From assembly GCA_002070605.1 (NCBI GenBank), contig MWDO01000004.1, positions 8,184 to 72,183 on the forward strand: a stretch of DNA of 64,000 nt. The letters are read 5' to 3'. The position numbers and the translations under genes are program-made. The notes beneath the pieces are model-generated. The model was not told the origin of the DNA. It saw nothing but the letters and a program-made list of their open reading frames with translations, and ran no database searches. Every line of letters begins with the position of its first letter. The first letter of the stretch is position 1. Source of the stretch: Spirochaetes bacterium ADurb.Bin133. Its GTDB lineage: Bacteria; Spirochaetota; GWE2-31-10; MWDO01. Below, one piece after another: positions 46,938 to 55,738 of the stretch.

Positions 46938-47948
46938 CTAGTTATATTTTCTAAAAAATATCTCGGGGCGGTATTCAAAGTGCATAAGATCGTATCTTTT
47001 CCACTTGCCGCCCCAGCAAAATCCGTGTTTCTCGAAGATCTCGATTATCTTTTGAGGAAAGCGCGCTTTATCCTCTTCGGGGATAGTCCACCAATAGTCG
47101 CGAAATTTGGAAGTCCAATACCAATATAACTCTTTGCCGTATGTTCTAGGGGATATATCTATCGCAATCGCCCACGAGTGTAACGACGGTCTTTTTTGAT
47201 AAGCGACCTCGCGACGGGAATACGACGAAACCGATCTTAAGTTTTTAAACCAAAGTTTAATATCCTCGTTCCCGTCAATCTCTCTATTAATTTCCGACAA
47301 CGCTTTGCTAAACCGATAAGCGCATTTATTTTTACCGTTTATCTGGAATTTAAATTTATTTATTTTAAAGTAGTTGAAATTTTCTTCAATTTCTCTCTTA
47401 TCTTTGCCGTATATCGAGTCAAAAAAAGCGTAATTAGTAAATCTGTCGATTACAAAAGTCGAGAAAAAGAGCGGATACTCTTCGAAAACCAAATCCGACT
47501 TGATATATTCGTAATATAAATAGCCCAAAAAATGTTCGTCCGCGGAAACGTCCTTTTCGGGAAGCATTAAACTCTCTTTAAAAAAGAATTTCTCTCCGTT
47601 TTTCAGGAAAAATATTATATCCCGGCTATTTTCGTCGTATAACAATCGGGCTTTACTAAAATTATACCTATAAGACAGATACATAGCGTTTGCTTTATCG
47701 ATCCATCTGATTTTGGAATATTCGTCCGGAAAAATCTCGTTAGGATAAAATTTGTCCAAAATATTTTCAAAATCCGGACTAATATTTAACGCGCCGGATA
47801 TATCGCTAAAATAAACTAATTTGGAAGAATTAAACTTATCGGCGCTCTTAGGTTTGCCGCTCTCTTCTAAAAATAAATACGCCAAGTGAGACGCAACGGC
47901 AAGATAGAGTAAAATAACGAAAATAAGCGCAAAATATTTTGGTTTCAT
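46938..47948 (-). CDS. Peptidase M15-family (VanY/D-Ala-D-Ala carboxypeptidase-like) protein, secreted
   Basis: Zinc-ligand motifs SLHSWAIAIDI (SxHxxGxAxD-like) and LMHFE. N-terminal transmembrane or signal segment. Confidence 0.55.
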   Translation of the reverse strand: MKPKYFALIFVILLYLAVASHLAYLFLEESGKPKSADKFNSSKLVYFSDISGALNISPDFENILDKFYPNEIFPDEYSKIRWIDKANAMYLSYRYNFSKARLLYDENSRDIIFFLKNGEKFFFKESLMLPEKDVSADEHFLGYLYYEYIKSDLVFEEYPLFFSTFVIDRFTNYAFFDSIYGKDKREIEENFNYFKINKFKFQINGKNKCAYRFSKALSEINREIDGNEDIKLWFKNLRSVSSYSRREVAYQKRPSLHSWAIAIDISPRTYGKELYWYWTSKFRDYWWTIPEEDKARFPQKIIEIFEKHGFCWGGKWKRYDLMHFEYRPEIFFRKYN

Positions 47949-48001
47949 AGATTTGATAAAAAAAGAGACCGTCTAATCGACGGCCCCTTTATTATTAAAA
48001 G

Positions 48002-48166
48002 TTACTGACTAATTGCATTAACGGGGCATACCGCCGCGCAACTGCCGCAGTCGGTACATTTTTCTTCGTCGATTTTGTATGGACTTCCCTCGGATATAGC
48101 GTCAACCGGACACTCCGACATGCAAGTCCCGCACTCGATACAGTCGTCAGAAATCTTATAAGCCAT
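48002..48166 (-). CDS. 54-aa 2[4Fe-4S] ferredoxin, absent from the ORF track (below its size cutoff)
   Basis: The reverse-strand translation is MAYKISDDCIECGTCMSECPVDAISEGSPYKIDEEKCTDCGSCAAVCPVNAISQ. It contains two CxxCxxCxxxCP motifs. The overlapping track ORF at 47995..48261 is in a different frame and low-complexity. Confidence 0.8.
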   Translation of the reverse strand: MAYKISDDCIECGTCMSECPVDAISEGSPYKIDEEKCTDCGSCAAVCPVNAISQ

Positions 48167-48254
48167 CTTAATAGCCTCCTAATAAATATTTCATTATAAT
48201 ATACAAAAAAAAATCGATTTGGTAAATATATTTTATCATTATTTTTTACCAAGA

Positions 48255-48465
48255 GACGCATATGCGTCAGACCAAAACCGCATATGCGTCAAATTACTCT
48301 TAACATCATATGTGTCAATATTTCTTTCTACGACAATTGTCGCGCGTTATCGACCCGGCGCGTATGTCAAATTCTCTCGGGGAGCATGGCGTCTCATATG
48401 TGTCAATTTTTGTCGAGGAGCGACGCGGCGTCGCATATGCGTTGATTTATTTTGACACATATGCG
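48255..48465. repeat. Array of six 18-bp palindrome units (CATATG-centred, TTGAC/GTCAA arms) with variable spacers
   Basis: CATATG centres lie at 48259, 48281, 48307, 48396, 48434 and 48458. Sub-repeat TCGAGGAGCGACGCG-N-CATATG. Confidence 0.65.
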
Positions 48466-48576
48466 ACGATTTTTTCATCGGGGAGCGACGGGGCGCAAAA
48501 TACCGATTAAAAAGATAGAAAACAATTCAATTTAAGTGTATAATATAGGTTAAATAAAAAAAAGCAAGGCGTATAG

Positions 48577-50076
48577 ATGAAAAAACATTTGATTTTGGCG
48601 CTGTTAATTGCCGTCATGGCAGATATGTATCCGGTAAAAATTAAGATCGACCAAAAGGATAAAACGAAAGAGCCGATTATCTTACAGGCGATATTAGATA
48701 CCGGTTTCGGAATTGTCGGGGTAAACGACGGCGTTGGGGTAACGGATTATCAATCTTATTTTATCAAGACCGCTTTTCATATTAATGATTTTGGGATCGG
48801 TTTGGATTTTACTATCAGGTTTAAAATATTCTCTTTGGAACCCGAGTTCCGTTTTCGCGATTGGTATATCGAAGGGGATCCGTTGGCGACCGTTTTTTTA
48901 TATCTCGACAGGATAGATTATATACGATACGGGAACGCGCAAAGCCCGATTTTTTTTACGACGGGCAAGATTCCTTATACGACTTTCGGATCGGGGACGC
49001 TTGTAAACAATTTTCATAATAACTTTTTTGTCCCGATTAATAAAGAAAACGGCGCGTATTTTCGCCTCGACGGAGAGTATTTTGAAAAATATAAGATAAA
49101 AAACATCCCTATCAATTTTACTTTTTTTTGCCCGGATTTACTGGATCCCGACATATTTGGATTTGATTTCAATATAAACCCCCTTGGATTTGCTAAATTC
49201 AAAGATATTTTCAAATTATCGTTAGGCGTTACTTTTATGTCGGATCTTGATACTTTTGAGAGAAACAGGCTGAGCGCTCTCAAAGGGCAATATTTTCAAA
49301 GCCATAGAAATTTTCACGTTAACGGATTTAGTTCGGCGTTGATTAGCGGATCCGTTCCGATATCTTTTGTATATTTTAAAAAGGATTACGTCAAAGTATC
49401 TGTAATCGACGAAGTAGCTTTTGCATACAACGGAGCCAATCCGTCCGATCCGGATAAGTCCGATTTTGGGATTGCCAATAATCTTGAAGTGGAAGCGAGA
49501 TTCTTAAACGTTAAGAATTCCGGATTGCTTTTAGGATTAAGCTCCGGATTTATCGTTCAAGGCAAAGATTTTTTTATAAATTATTTTTCCTCTAACTACC
49601 AGATAGTCAGGCAGAAGCAGTATAGCGGGCAGAGCGAAGATTATAATTTATACGTATCTGCGGGATTTGGTCTGTACGCTTTAAACGACAATTTGCATTT
49701 CAAATTTAAGATACTAATGCCGTTAATAACGGACGTATTCAAATCTAAATACGCGATGGAATTTAGATTGTCCGAATTTGCCGTTAAAGGGTTGACGATA
49801 GACGTTTTTTATGAAACGGGATGTACCGATCTGCACATATCCGGATCAAACGGGGGACACTTTCTCGAGTCGATAACGGAGAATTTCAGATTTTACGCCG
49901 AAGTAAGCTATAAGATTTATTCCGCTAAGATAAGTTTTATTATCGGGCTTCAAACTCCCGGTTGGATAGTCGAGGAAGACTATTTGCCGCCGGAAAATCC
50001 TAACGAGTTTTATATAGAGAGATATGGCGCTGATATTCAAAAATTTGTCGGAGTGGGGGTGTCTTTTGTTTTATAA
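48577..50076 (+). CDS. Hypothetical secreted / outer-membrane-like protein
   Basis: Signal peptide MKKHLILALLIAVMA. Aromatic-rich alternating pattern. C-terminus ends in a hydrophobic residue. No domain recognised. Confidence 0.5.
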   Translation: MKKHLILALLIAVMADMYPVKIKIDQKDKTKEPIILQAILDTGFGIVGVNDGVGVTDYQSYFIKTAFHINDFGIGLDFTIRFKIFSLEPEFRFRDWYIEGDPLATVFLYLDRIDYIRYGNAQSPIFFTTGKIPYTTFGSGTLVNNFHNNFFVPINKENGAYFRLDGEYFEKYKIKNIPINFTFFCPDLLDPDIFGFDFNINPLGFAKFKDIFKLSLGVTFMSDLDTFERNRLSALKGQYFQSHRNFHVNGFSSALISGSVPISFVYFKKDYVKVSVIDEVAFAYNGANPSDPDKSDFGIANNLEVEARFLNVKNSGLLLGLSSGFIVQGKDFFINYFSSNYQIVRQKQYSGQSEDYNLYVSAGFGLYALNDNLHFKFKILMPLITDVFKSKYAMEFRLSEFAVKGLTIDVFYETGCTDLHISGSNGGHFLESITENFRFYAEVSYKIYSAKISFIIGLQTPGWIVEEDYLPPENPNEFYIERYGADIQKFVGVGVSFVL

Positions 50077-52828
50077 CAAAAGAAATCTTCCGATTATTGT
50101 AGTTTTCTTGTTTTTTTTTGCGCGGTTTTCTGTAAACGCCGGCGAAGCATTTTTACAACTGATCGATACTTCCGATAGCTCGTCGGACTATTTTTTTTAC
50201 GACAAAGATTCTAAGGAAAATCTTATAAAAATTAACGATTATCTCTATTCCGGATCGACCTTTCTGACGCTTGAGAAACAGAGAGCGGAATTTGTCATAA
50301 TTAAGGACTATACGCCTATCGGTTCTATAGTATTAAGCGAAAATAGCGATTTTTATTTTTACAACGCTGGCGCTAAAAACAAAATTTACTTAAAAATGAA
50401 TTACGGTAGAATAAGGAGCGTTATAGACGAGGGAAACCAAATTGAGATAGAGCTAAAATCTGTAAAACTATACAATAACGGCGGCGATTTTGGCGTAACG
50501 ACTATATTAAACGAAGAAAAAGATCTCGTCGGTTATACGATCGTTTTTAACGGAGTAGTGGAGAATTATTTGATCAAAGATAATAGATCGGTAAAACTTG
50601 AAAAATGGGATAAGGCGGGCTTTAACGAAAATACCCTTGAAGAGATAGAGAAATTTACTCCGGAAGATCTGGAAATATGGCAAGAAAAGATGTCTTTTAA
50701 CTCTTACTATATTTCTAAAACGACGCCGATAGTTTTAGAGAGCTTATCGTTTGATACGATTGAACAATTTTCCGACCCGACCGGCGATTTATTAATGATA
50801 AGCGACTTAACGGAGGATATTCCCGACCAAAACGACCCGACGGAAGACTTAACGGCTCCGGAATTTAAGCGAGATGAAACCGAGGAAACAGATAAAACGG
50901 AACTAATGCCTCCTAAAGAGGAGATTTTTGCAGAATTAGCCAAAATTAAGCCGAAAAACTTCGTTTTAGACGAAGATTCCGATAGAGATTATACTTACGC
51001 CCCCGAATCTAAACTAAAAGAGCCGCTTTATCCCGTTATAGAAGATAAATTGATCCCAATTATGTTTATAAGCAAAACCGGCGAGGTAGACGAAGATATC
51101 GAGTCGGAGAAGGAGAGTCCGCTTAAAGAATATATCGAAGACGCTGAGCCTATTTTTAGCGATACGGACGACTCAAACGACGTTTTCGACGATATTGCTT
51201 TGCTTGACGAAACTTCGGATGCGGAAGTTCCGGACGCCGACGAGTCGGCCGACAGCGTTGTTATCGAGCCGAAAATTGAAAGCAAGATCGTCGTTAAAGA
51301 TCAAACGTCGGACTTGAAAGCGATAAAACTGCTGAGATTTTTTTCGTCGTTTTTCGCTAATGAAACGGGATTTTATAGTTACGATAAAAAGACCTGCGTA
51401 AAATTTGTATGGAAACCGGGCGTCGCGCTGGAAAAAGAAAAATTTGAATTTAGTTTTTATTTTCCCGTATTTTTCTCCGTAGACAAAATGTTTGCAAATA
51501 ATATGTTGTTGCCCGTCAATAATACCAATAACGAGTGGTCGTTTGGGTCGGATCAAAACGGCTCGACGGTAAAAATCGTTCTCGACGCCGTCGACGACGC
51601 TTTGTTAAAATTGAGAATACTCAGATACAATAACATAAACGATAATTTCTTCTTTCAGATGGGGGAGTTGAACAATTTTTCAGACTCCTCGAGATTTTCG
51701 CTGGTAAATTTTTGTTCTAAAATATTCTTCCCTATGTATAGAAAAACCTCGTTCATAATAAAAGGAGAGTCTAATATATTTGAAGGATTTTTCTATGCGG
51801 AAGATATTCTGCCGAAAGGGCTTTACGGACTGTCGTTGAAATTTATGACGCCGTATTCGAGTTTTAAATTCAAGTTTGGAATAGATATATTTGCCGACGG
51901 CTACGATTTTATGAATTTTGACAAGGGGCGCGAGCTGTATTTTCCGACGCAAGTCAATCTTATTTCGGAATTCAACGCCTTCAATATACCGTCGTTTAGT
52001 TTCTCTATATTCTTGAATATGGGGGCGCTATTTCCGTTGTCTTACAATTTCGGATCGAATAGTTCGCTCGCCATTAATACTATAAAAACTAATCCCCTTA
52101 TGCTAGTCGATAATATCTCCGCCGCTATGGGGCTGTCGATCAGGATTAAGAAACTGCAGTTTATCGGGGAGATAATCGCCGATTCGGGGTTGAACAAAAT
52201 CGGACTTTTCGATCTATCCTATTCGGCAAAAAGAGACCAAAGGATGACCGACTCGATAAATTGGTTGACCTCTACCGGCGCAAAACCGATCTCCATATCT
52301 AATTACAATTTTGGGGCGAGAGTAAGTTTCCTGATAGATATAGATAAATATCTCTATATGGAAACTTCATATCAAGCGACTTTTACTTACTATAAGACGA
52401 TAATTTTTTCAAAGAGTTATTACGACAAATTTTTCTTTAAGTTCTCGGCGGATTCGCGAGACAAATTAAAGATAAATCTTAAACTCTACCTCGAATGGCA
52501 GATAGAAAATCTAGCGGTAAGCATAATCGATACGATAGATCAAAAATACGAAACTATTTTCGATAACAATATTTTCTATCTGGGCTTCTCGATCAAGCCG
52601 CATAATATTGTCGATATAAATATCCGCGGCGGCTTGTATCCCGACTTCTACAATACGACGACCGATATGAAACTGCTATTCGACTGCTACGTCTCGATAA
52701 ACCCCGAGCCGCTTCCGCTAAAAAAGACGCCGCCGAAAAAACCGATTGAAACAAAAACAACAAAAACAACAAAGACAAAGAAAACAACGACAAAAAAATC
52801 GGAAAATAAACCGCCGCCGGCTAAATAA
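50066..52828 (+). CDS. Large hypothetical secreted protein with an acidic disordered region and a basic KTT-repeat C-terminus
   Basis: Signal peptide follows the TTG at 50066 (MFYNKRNLPIIVVFLFFFARFSVNA). The track start at 50024 overlaps the upstream gene by 53 nt. D/E-rich segment around 50760-51290. C-terminus KTTKTTKTKKTTTKK. Confidence 0.5.
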   Translation: MFYNKRNLPIIVVFLFFFARFSVNAGEAFLQLIDTSDSSSDYFFYDKDSKENLIKINDYLYSGSTFLTLEKQRAEFVIIKDYTPIGSIVLSENSDFYFYNAGAKNKIYLKMNYGRIRSVIDEGNQIEIELKSVKLYNNGGDFGVTTILNEEKDLVGYTIVFNGVVENYLIKDNRSVKLEKWDKAGFNENTLEEIEKFTPEDLEIWQEKMSFNSYYISKTTPIVLESLSFDTIEQFSDPTGDLLMISDLTEDIPDQNDPTEDLTAPEFKRDETEETDKTELMPPKEEIFAELAKIKPKNFVLDEDSDRDYTYAPESKLKEPLYPVIEDKLIPIMFISKTGEVDEDIESEKESPLKEYIEDAEPIFSDTDDSNDVFDDIALLDETSDAEVPDADESADSVVIEPKIESKIVVKDQTSDLKAIKLLRFFSSFFANETGFYSYDKKTCVKFVWKPGVALEKEKFEFSFYFPVFFSVDKMFANNMLLPVNNTNNEWSFGSDQNGSTVKIVLDAVDDALLKLRILRYNNINDNFFFQMGELNNFSDSSRFSLVNFCSKIFFPMYRKTSFIIKGESNIFEGFFYAEDILPKGLYGLSLKFMTPYSSFKFKFGIDIFADGYDFMNFDKGRELYFPTQVNLISEFNAFNIPSFSFSIFLNMGALFPLSYNFGSNSSLAINTIKTNPLMLVDNISAAMGLSIRIKKLQFIGEIIADSGLNKIGLFDLSYSAKRDQRMTDSINWLTSTGAKPISISNYNFGARVSFLIDIDKYLYMETSYQATFTYYKTIIFSKSYYDKFFFKFSADSRDKLKINLKLYLEWQIENLAVSIIDTIDQKYETIFDNNIFYLGFSIKPHNIVDINIRGGLYPDFYNTTTDMKLLFDCYVSINPEPLPLKKTPPKKPIETKTTKTTKTKKTTTKKSENKPPPAK

Positions 52829-52904
52829 ATTTTCGGAATTTACCGCTCTCCGCTATCTTTATTTTTAAAAAAAGATCGACAAGCGCTTGAAATTATGTCG
52901 CAGT

Positions 52905-53075
52905 CTGTCGGCGTTTTGGGGCTAAAAATTTTTGACACATATGCGTCGCATAATAATTCGACGCATATGTGTCAATTTCTTCATCGAGAAGCGGCGCGTA
53001 TCATATGTGTCAATTTCTCATCGAGGAGCGACGCGTATCATATGTGTCAAATTCTATCAAGACGCGTCGAGGCGC
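52905..53075. repeat. Array of four to five palindrome units with left end TGTCGGCGTTTTGGGG
   Basis: CATATG centres lie at 52939, 52964, 53002 and 53039. Tandem sub-unit TCATCGAGGAGCGACGCGTATCATATGTGTCAATTTC. Confidence 0.65.
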
Positions 53076-53256
53076 ATAATATATCTAAAAAATATTTGAC
53101 AATTTTTCAATTTAGTTTATACTCGTTCGATATTGAAAAAATATTTCTATCGCCCGATTGAAAACTACGGACGGCGAAAGCGCGAAGCGTTTTCAGCGGG
53201 ATATACGGCATTCTTTGAAACGCAATATTTAACAACTTAATTAAGGAGATTTTGGC

Positions 53257-54558
53257 ATGGCATATCCAAAAAGAATTGTAATAACCGGAATGGGAATAAA
53301 CGCGCCTAACGGCGATACTCCCGAAACTTTTTATAATAATCTTATAGCAGGGAAGTCCGGTATAAAAAAAATGACGAGCGTTAACACCGATAGAATCAGA
53401 TGTAAGATCGGAGGCGATCTGGGAGACTACGACGTTAGAGGAAAGTTGGACTCGTTGAAAGATAATATTCCGGAAGACGTTTTAAAAAGAGCTAAAAAGA
53501 TCATAAAGACCGCCCCTTTTTCGACAAAGCTTACGCTTCTAGCCGCTTTGGACGCTTACAAAGACGCCGGATTATTTAAAAACGCCCCCGATCCGGACAG
53601 AATGGCGGTAGTTTTGGGGGGACACAATTTCCACGACAACTACATTGTAAAGAACGTAAGGCAATTTGAAGAAGAGCCGGAGTATATAGACGGATTGATG
53701 GGTATCTGCGTTTTTGATAGCGACGTTGCGGCAAGTATAACGGAATCCTTACAAATATATGGGCCTATGTACATAACCGGCGGCACTTGCGCAAGCTCGG
53801 GTATGGCGATGAAAAACGGCATAATGGAGATATTGTACAACGATTGCGATATTGCTATGATCGGCGGGGGGCTTTTGGATTATTCAGACGTAGGATATCA
53901 AGCTCTTATTTTAGTAAGCGCGATTTCGTATAAAAGTTTTAACGACGAGCCGGAAAAGTCCTCCAGACCGTACGACGTTAGAAGAGAGGGATTTGTTCCG
54001 TCCCACGGAACCGGTATAATGATTATCGAGGAGTTGGAACATGCGTTAAAGCGAGGAGCTCATATCTACGCCGAGATACTGTCCGTCGAGTCAAACTGCG
54101 ACGGCAACCACTTATCAAATCCATCGGTAGAGGGGCAGACTAAAGTTATGAAAAGAGCCATTCAAAAAGCCGGGATTAAAGTTGAGGATATAAGCTACGT
54201 TAATTGTCACGCTACTTCTACTCCTCTTGGAGACGAGGTAGAGCTTACGACTATAAAAAACGTTTTTGGCGAACACGCTAAGAATATTAAGGTCAACGCC
54301 ACAAAATCGATGATAGGTCATACCGGCTGGACTTCTAATACGGTAGAATTAATTGGAGCGATTATGCAGATGAATAACTCGACTCTGCATCCTTCTATAA
54401 ATATCGAAAATCTTGATCCGAAAATTGCCGCTTTGGGGATAGACGTTTGCGCCAATAAAAAAGTTGAAAATTATAATATTGACTATTTGTTGAAAAACTC
54501 TTTTGGTTTCGGCGGCATAAACTGCTGTTCGATAATAAAAAAATGGAAGGGAAAATAG
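53257..54558 (+). CDS. Beta-ketoacyl synthase (FabF/FabB-like KAS). Cys-His-His triad retained; GH-box divergent.
   Basis: N-terminus RIVITGMGINAPNGDTPETFYNNLIAGKSGI. Cys in GGTCASSGMA, His in NCHATSTPLGDEVE, and His in KSMIGHTGW, which departs from the canonical GHLLGAAG. Confidence 0.85.
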   Translation: MAYPKRIVITGMGINAPNGDTPETFYNNLIAGKSGIKKMTSVNTDRIRCKIGGDLGDYDVRGKLDSLKDNIPEDVLKRAKKIIKTAPFSTKLTLLAALDAYKDAGLFKNAPDPDRMAVVLGGHNFHDNYIVKNVRQFEEEPEYIDGLMGICVFDSDVAASITESLQIYGPMYITGGTCASSGMAMKNGIMEILYNDCDIAMIGGGLLDYSDVGYQALILVSAISYKSFNDEPEKSSRPYDVRREGFVPSHGTGIMIIEELEHALKRGAHIYAEILSVESNCDGNHLSNPSVEGQTKVMKRAIQKAGIKVEDISYVNCHATSTPLGDEVELTTIKNVFGEHAKNIKVNATKSMIGHTGWTSNTVELIGAIMQMNNSTLHPSINIENLDPKIAALGIDVCANKKVENYNIDYLLKNSFGFGGINCCSIIKKWKGK

Positions 54559-54562
54559 AGAG

Positions 54563-55702
54563 ATGGATTTCTTAGATAAATATTTAATTGATCAATTGGT
54601 TAAAGACGCGGAAGACGTTTGGCCGAAAAGGTGGAGCGAGATTGAAAGTTCTTTTCAGAAAATTACGCTGTCGGCCGCCGTCGACATTATTATTTGGGAT
54701 TTATCGCTTTTTTCAAAAAAGGGCGATACCGGAACTTATTCTGATATGAAAAATACGGTAGGCATAACGCCGGACAATGAATACGTATTTAAAAAACTTT
54801 TAGATATCCTTGTCGAAGAAAATATTTTATCGCGCGAGGGCGAAGTTTACGTATGCGTCGATAACGATCCGGAGATTCATTCTCCGATAGAGTATATAGC
54901 GGAGGCGGTAAGAGACATTCCGGAAGAGTGGGCCGCTTTCCAATGGCTGGCTAGAGGTATCGGCGGATTGAAGAGATTTATCAAAGGAAAACTATCCGGC
55001 GAAGAGGCGATGTTTGGTCCGTGGGGCGATTTTACCTTAGTAGGTCAAGTATATTATACCAGCGAAGTTTACGGTTATTGGTCTAAGCTCGCCGGTAAAA
55101 CTGTAACGCGGCTTATAAACAACGTTTTTGATAGAAAAATAACCGTTTTGGAGATTGGAGCGGGAACCGGCGGAGGAACGACCGATTTGTTTAAAAGTTT
55201 GGGCGAACCTAGAAACAAAATCGAGAAATATATTTTTACCGATATTCATAAAAGATTGGTAAAAAAGTCTTCCAAAAATTTTGAGGAATATTTCGATTTT
55301 ATGGAATTTAAGGGATTAGACGTAACTCTTCCGCTTGAAGAGCAGGAGGTCGATCTTGAAAGCGCCGATCTGTTATACGCCGTAAACGTCATGCACGCGA
55401 CAAACAATATACTATCGGCTTGTTCCGCAATGTATAAGCTTATTAAAAAAGGGGGGTATGCCGTTCTTGGCGAAATAGCCCCGCCTAAAGATAAACTTTA
55501 CAGGTATATGGAGCTTACGTTTGGGTTATTATCAAGCTATTCGTATTACGAAGATAAAGAGTTGCGACCGCTGTCTCCGATCTTAAGACCCGAACAGTGG
55601 ATAGAATATTTTAAAAAAGCGGGCTTCAGAGACGCTATTGCGATACCGGGAGATAGATTGCCCGGTTGCGACAGGGGCGGAGCGATTATTGCGATAAAAT
55701 AG
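54563..55702 (+). CDS. Class I SAM-dependent methyltransferase, polyketide/O-MT-like
   Basis: Motif I VLEIGAGTGGGT. 379 aa. Begins 5 nt after the KAS stop. Confidence 0.6.
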   Translation: MDFLDKYLIDQLVKDAEDVWPKRWSEIESSFQKITLSAAVDIIIWDLSLFSKKGDTGTYSDMKNTVGITPDNEYVFKKLLDILVEENILSREGEVYVCVDNDPEIHSPIEYIAEAVRDIPEEWAAFQWLARGIGGLKRFIKGKLSGEEAMFGPWGDFTLVGQVYYTSEVYGYWSKLAGKTVTRLINNVFDRKITVLEIGAGTGGGTTDLFKSLGEPRNKIEKYIFTDIHKRLVKKSSKNFEEYFDFMEFKGLDVTLPLEEQEVDLESADLLYAVNVMHATNNILSACSAMYKLIKKGGYAVLGEIAPPKDKLYRYMELTFGLLSSYSYYEDKELRPLSPILRPEQWIEYFKKAGFRDAIAIPGDRLPGCDRGGAIIAIK

Positions 55703-55738
55703 TCCTGTTTCAATAATTATAATTCGGAGAAATATCTT

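Noticed and set aside
47995-48261. 88-aa track ORF on the minus strand
   Set aside because: It is in a different frame from the clear 54-aa ferredoxin at 48002..48166. Its translation is low-complexity and it runs into the repeat array.
48219-48510. Track ORFs 48219..48455 and 48310..48510 (+)
   Set aside because: They lie wholly within the palindrome array. Their codon pattern is dictated by the repeats (recurrent RICVKL and RRGVA). They are almost certainly non-coding.
50024-50065. Track start at 50024 for the large secreted protein
   Set aside because: It would overlap the upstream gene by 53 nt and place about 14 residues before the signal peptide. The in-frame TTG at 50066 gives a canonical signal peptide. 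The track evidently allows non-ATG starts.
48255-53075. Repeat clusters interpreted as CRISPR arrays
   Set aside because: The units are imperfect 16-18-bp palindromes with highly irregular spacers of 20-90 bp. They share linker sequence between units. They occur as solo copies with terminal inverted repeats elsewhere. No cas genes are present. The pattern is not CRISPR-like.
52895-53161. Track ORF 52895..53161 (+)
   Set aside because: It lies within the second palindrome array. Its translation is repetitive (HMCQF repeated) because it mirrors the CATATGTGTCAA units.
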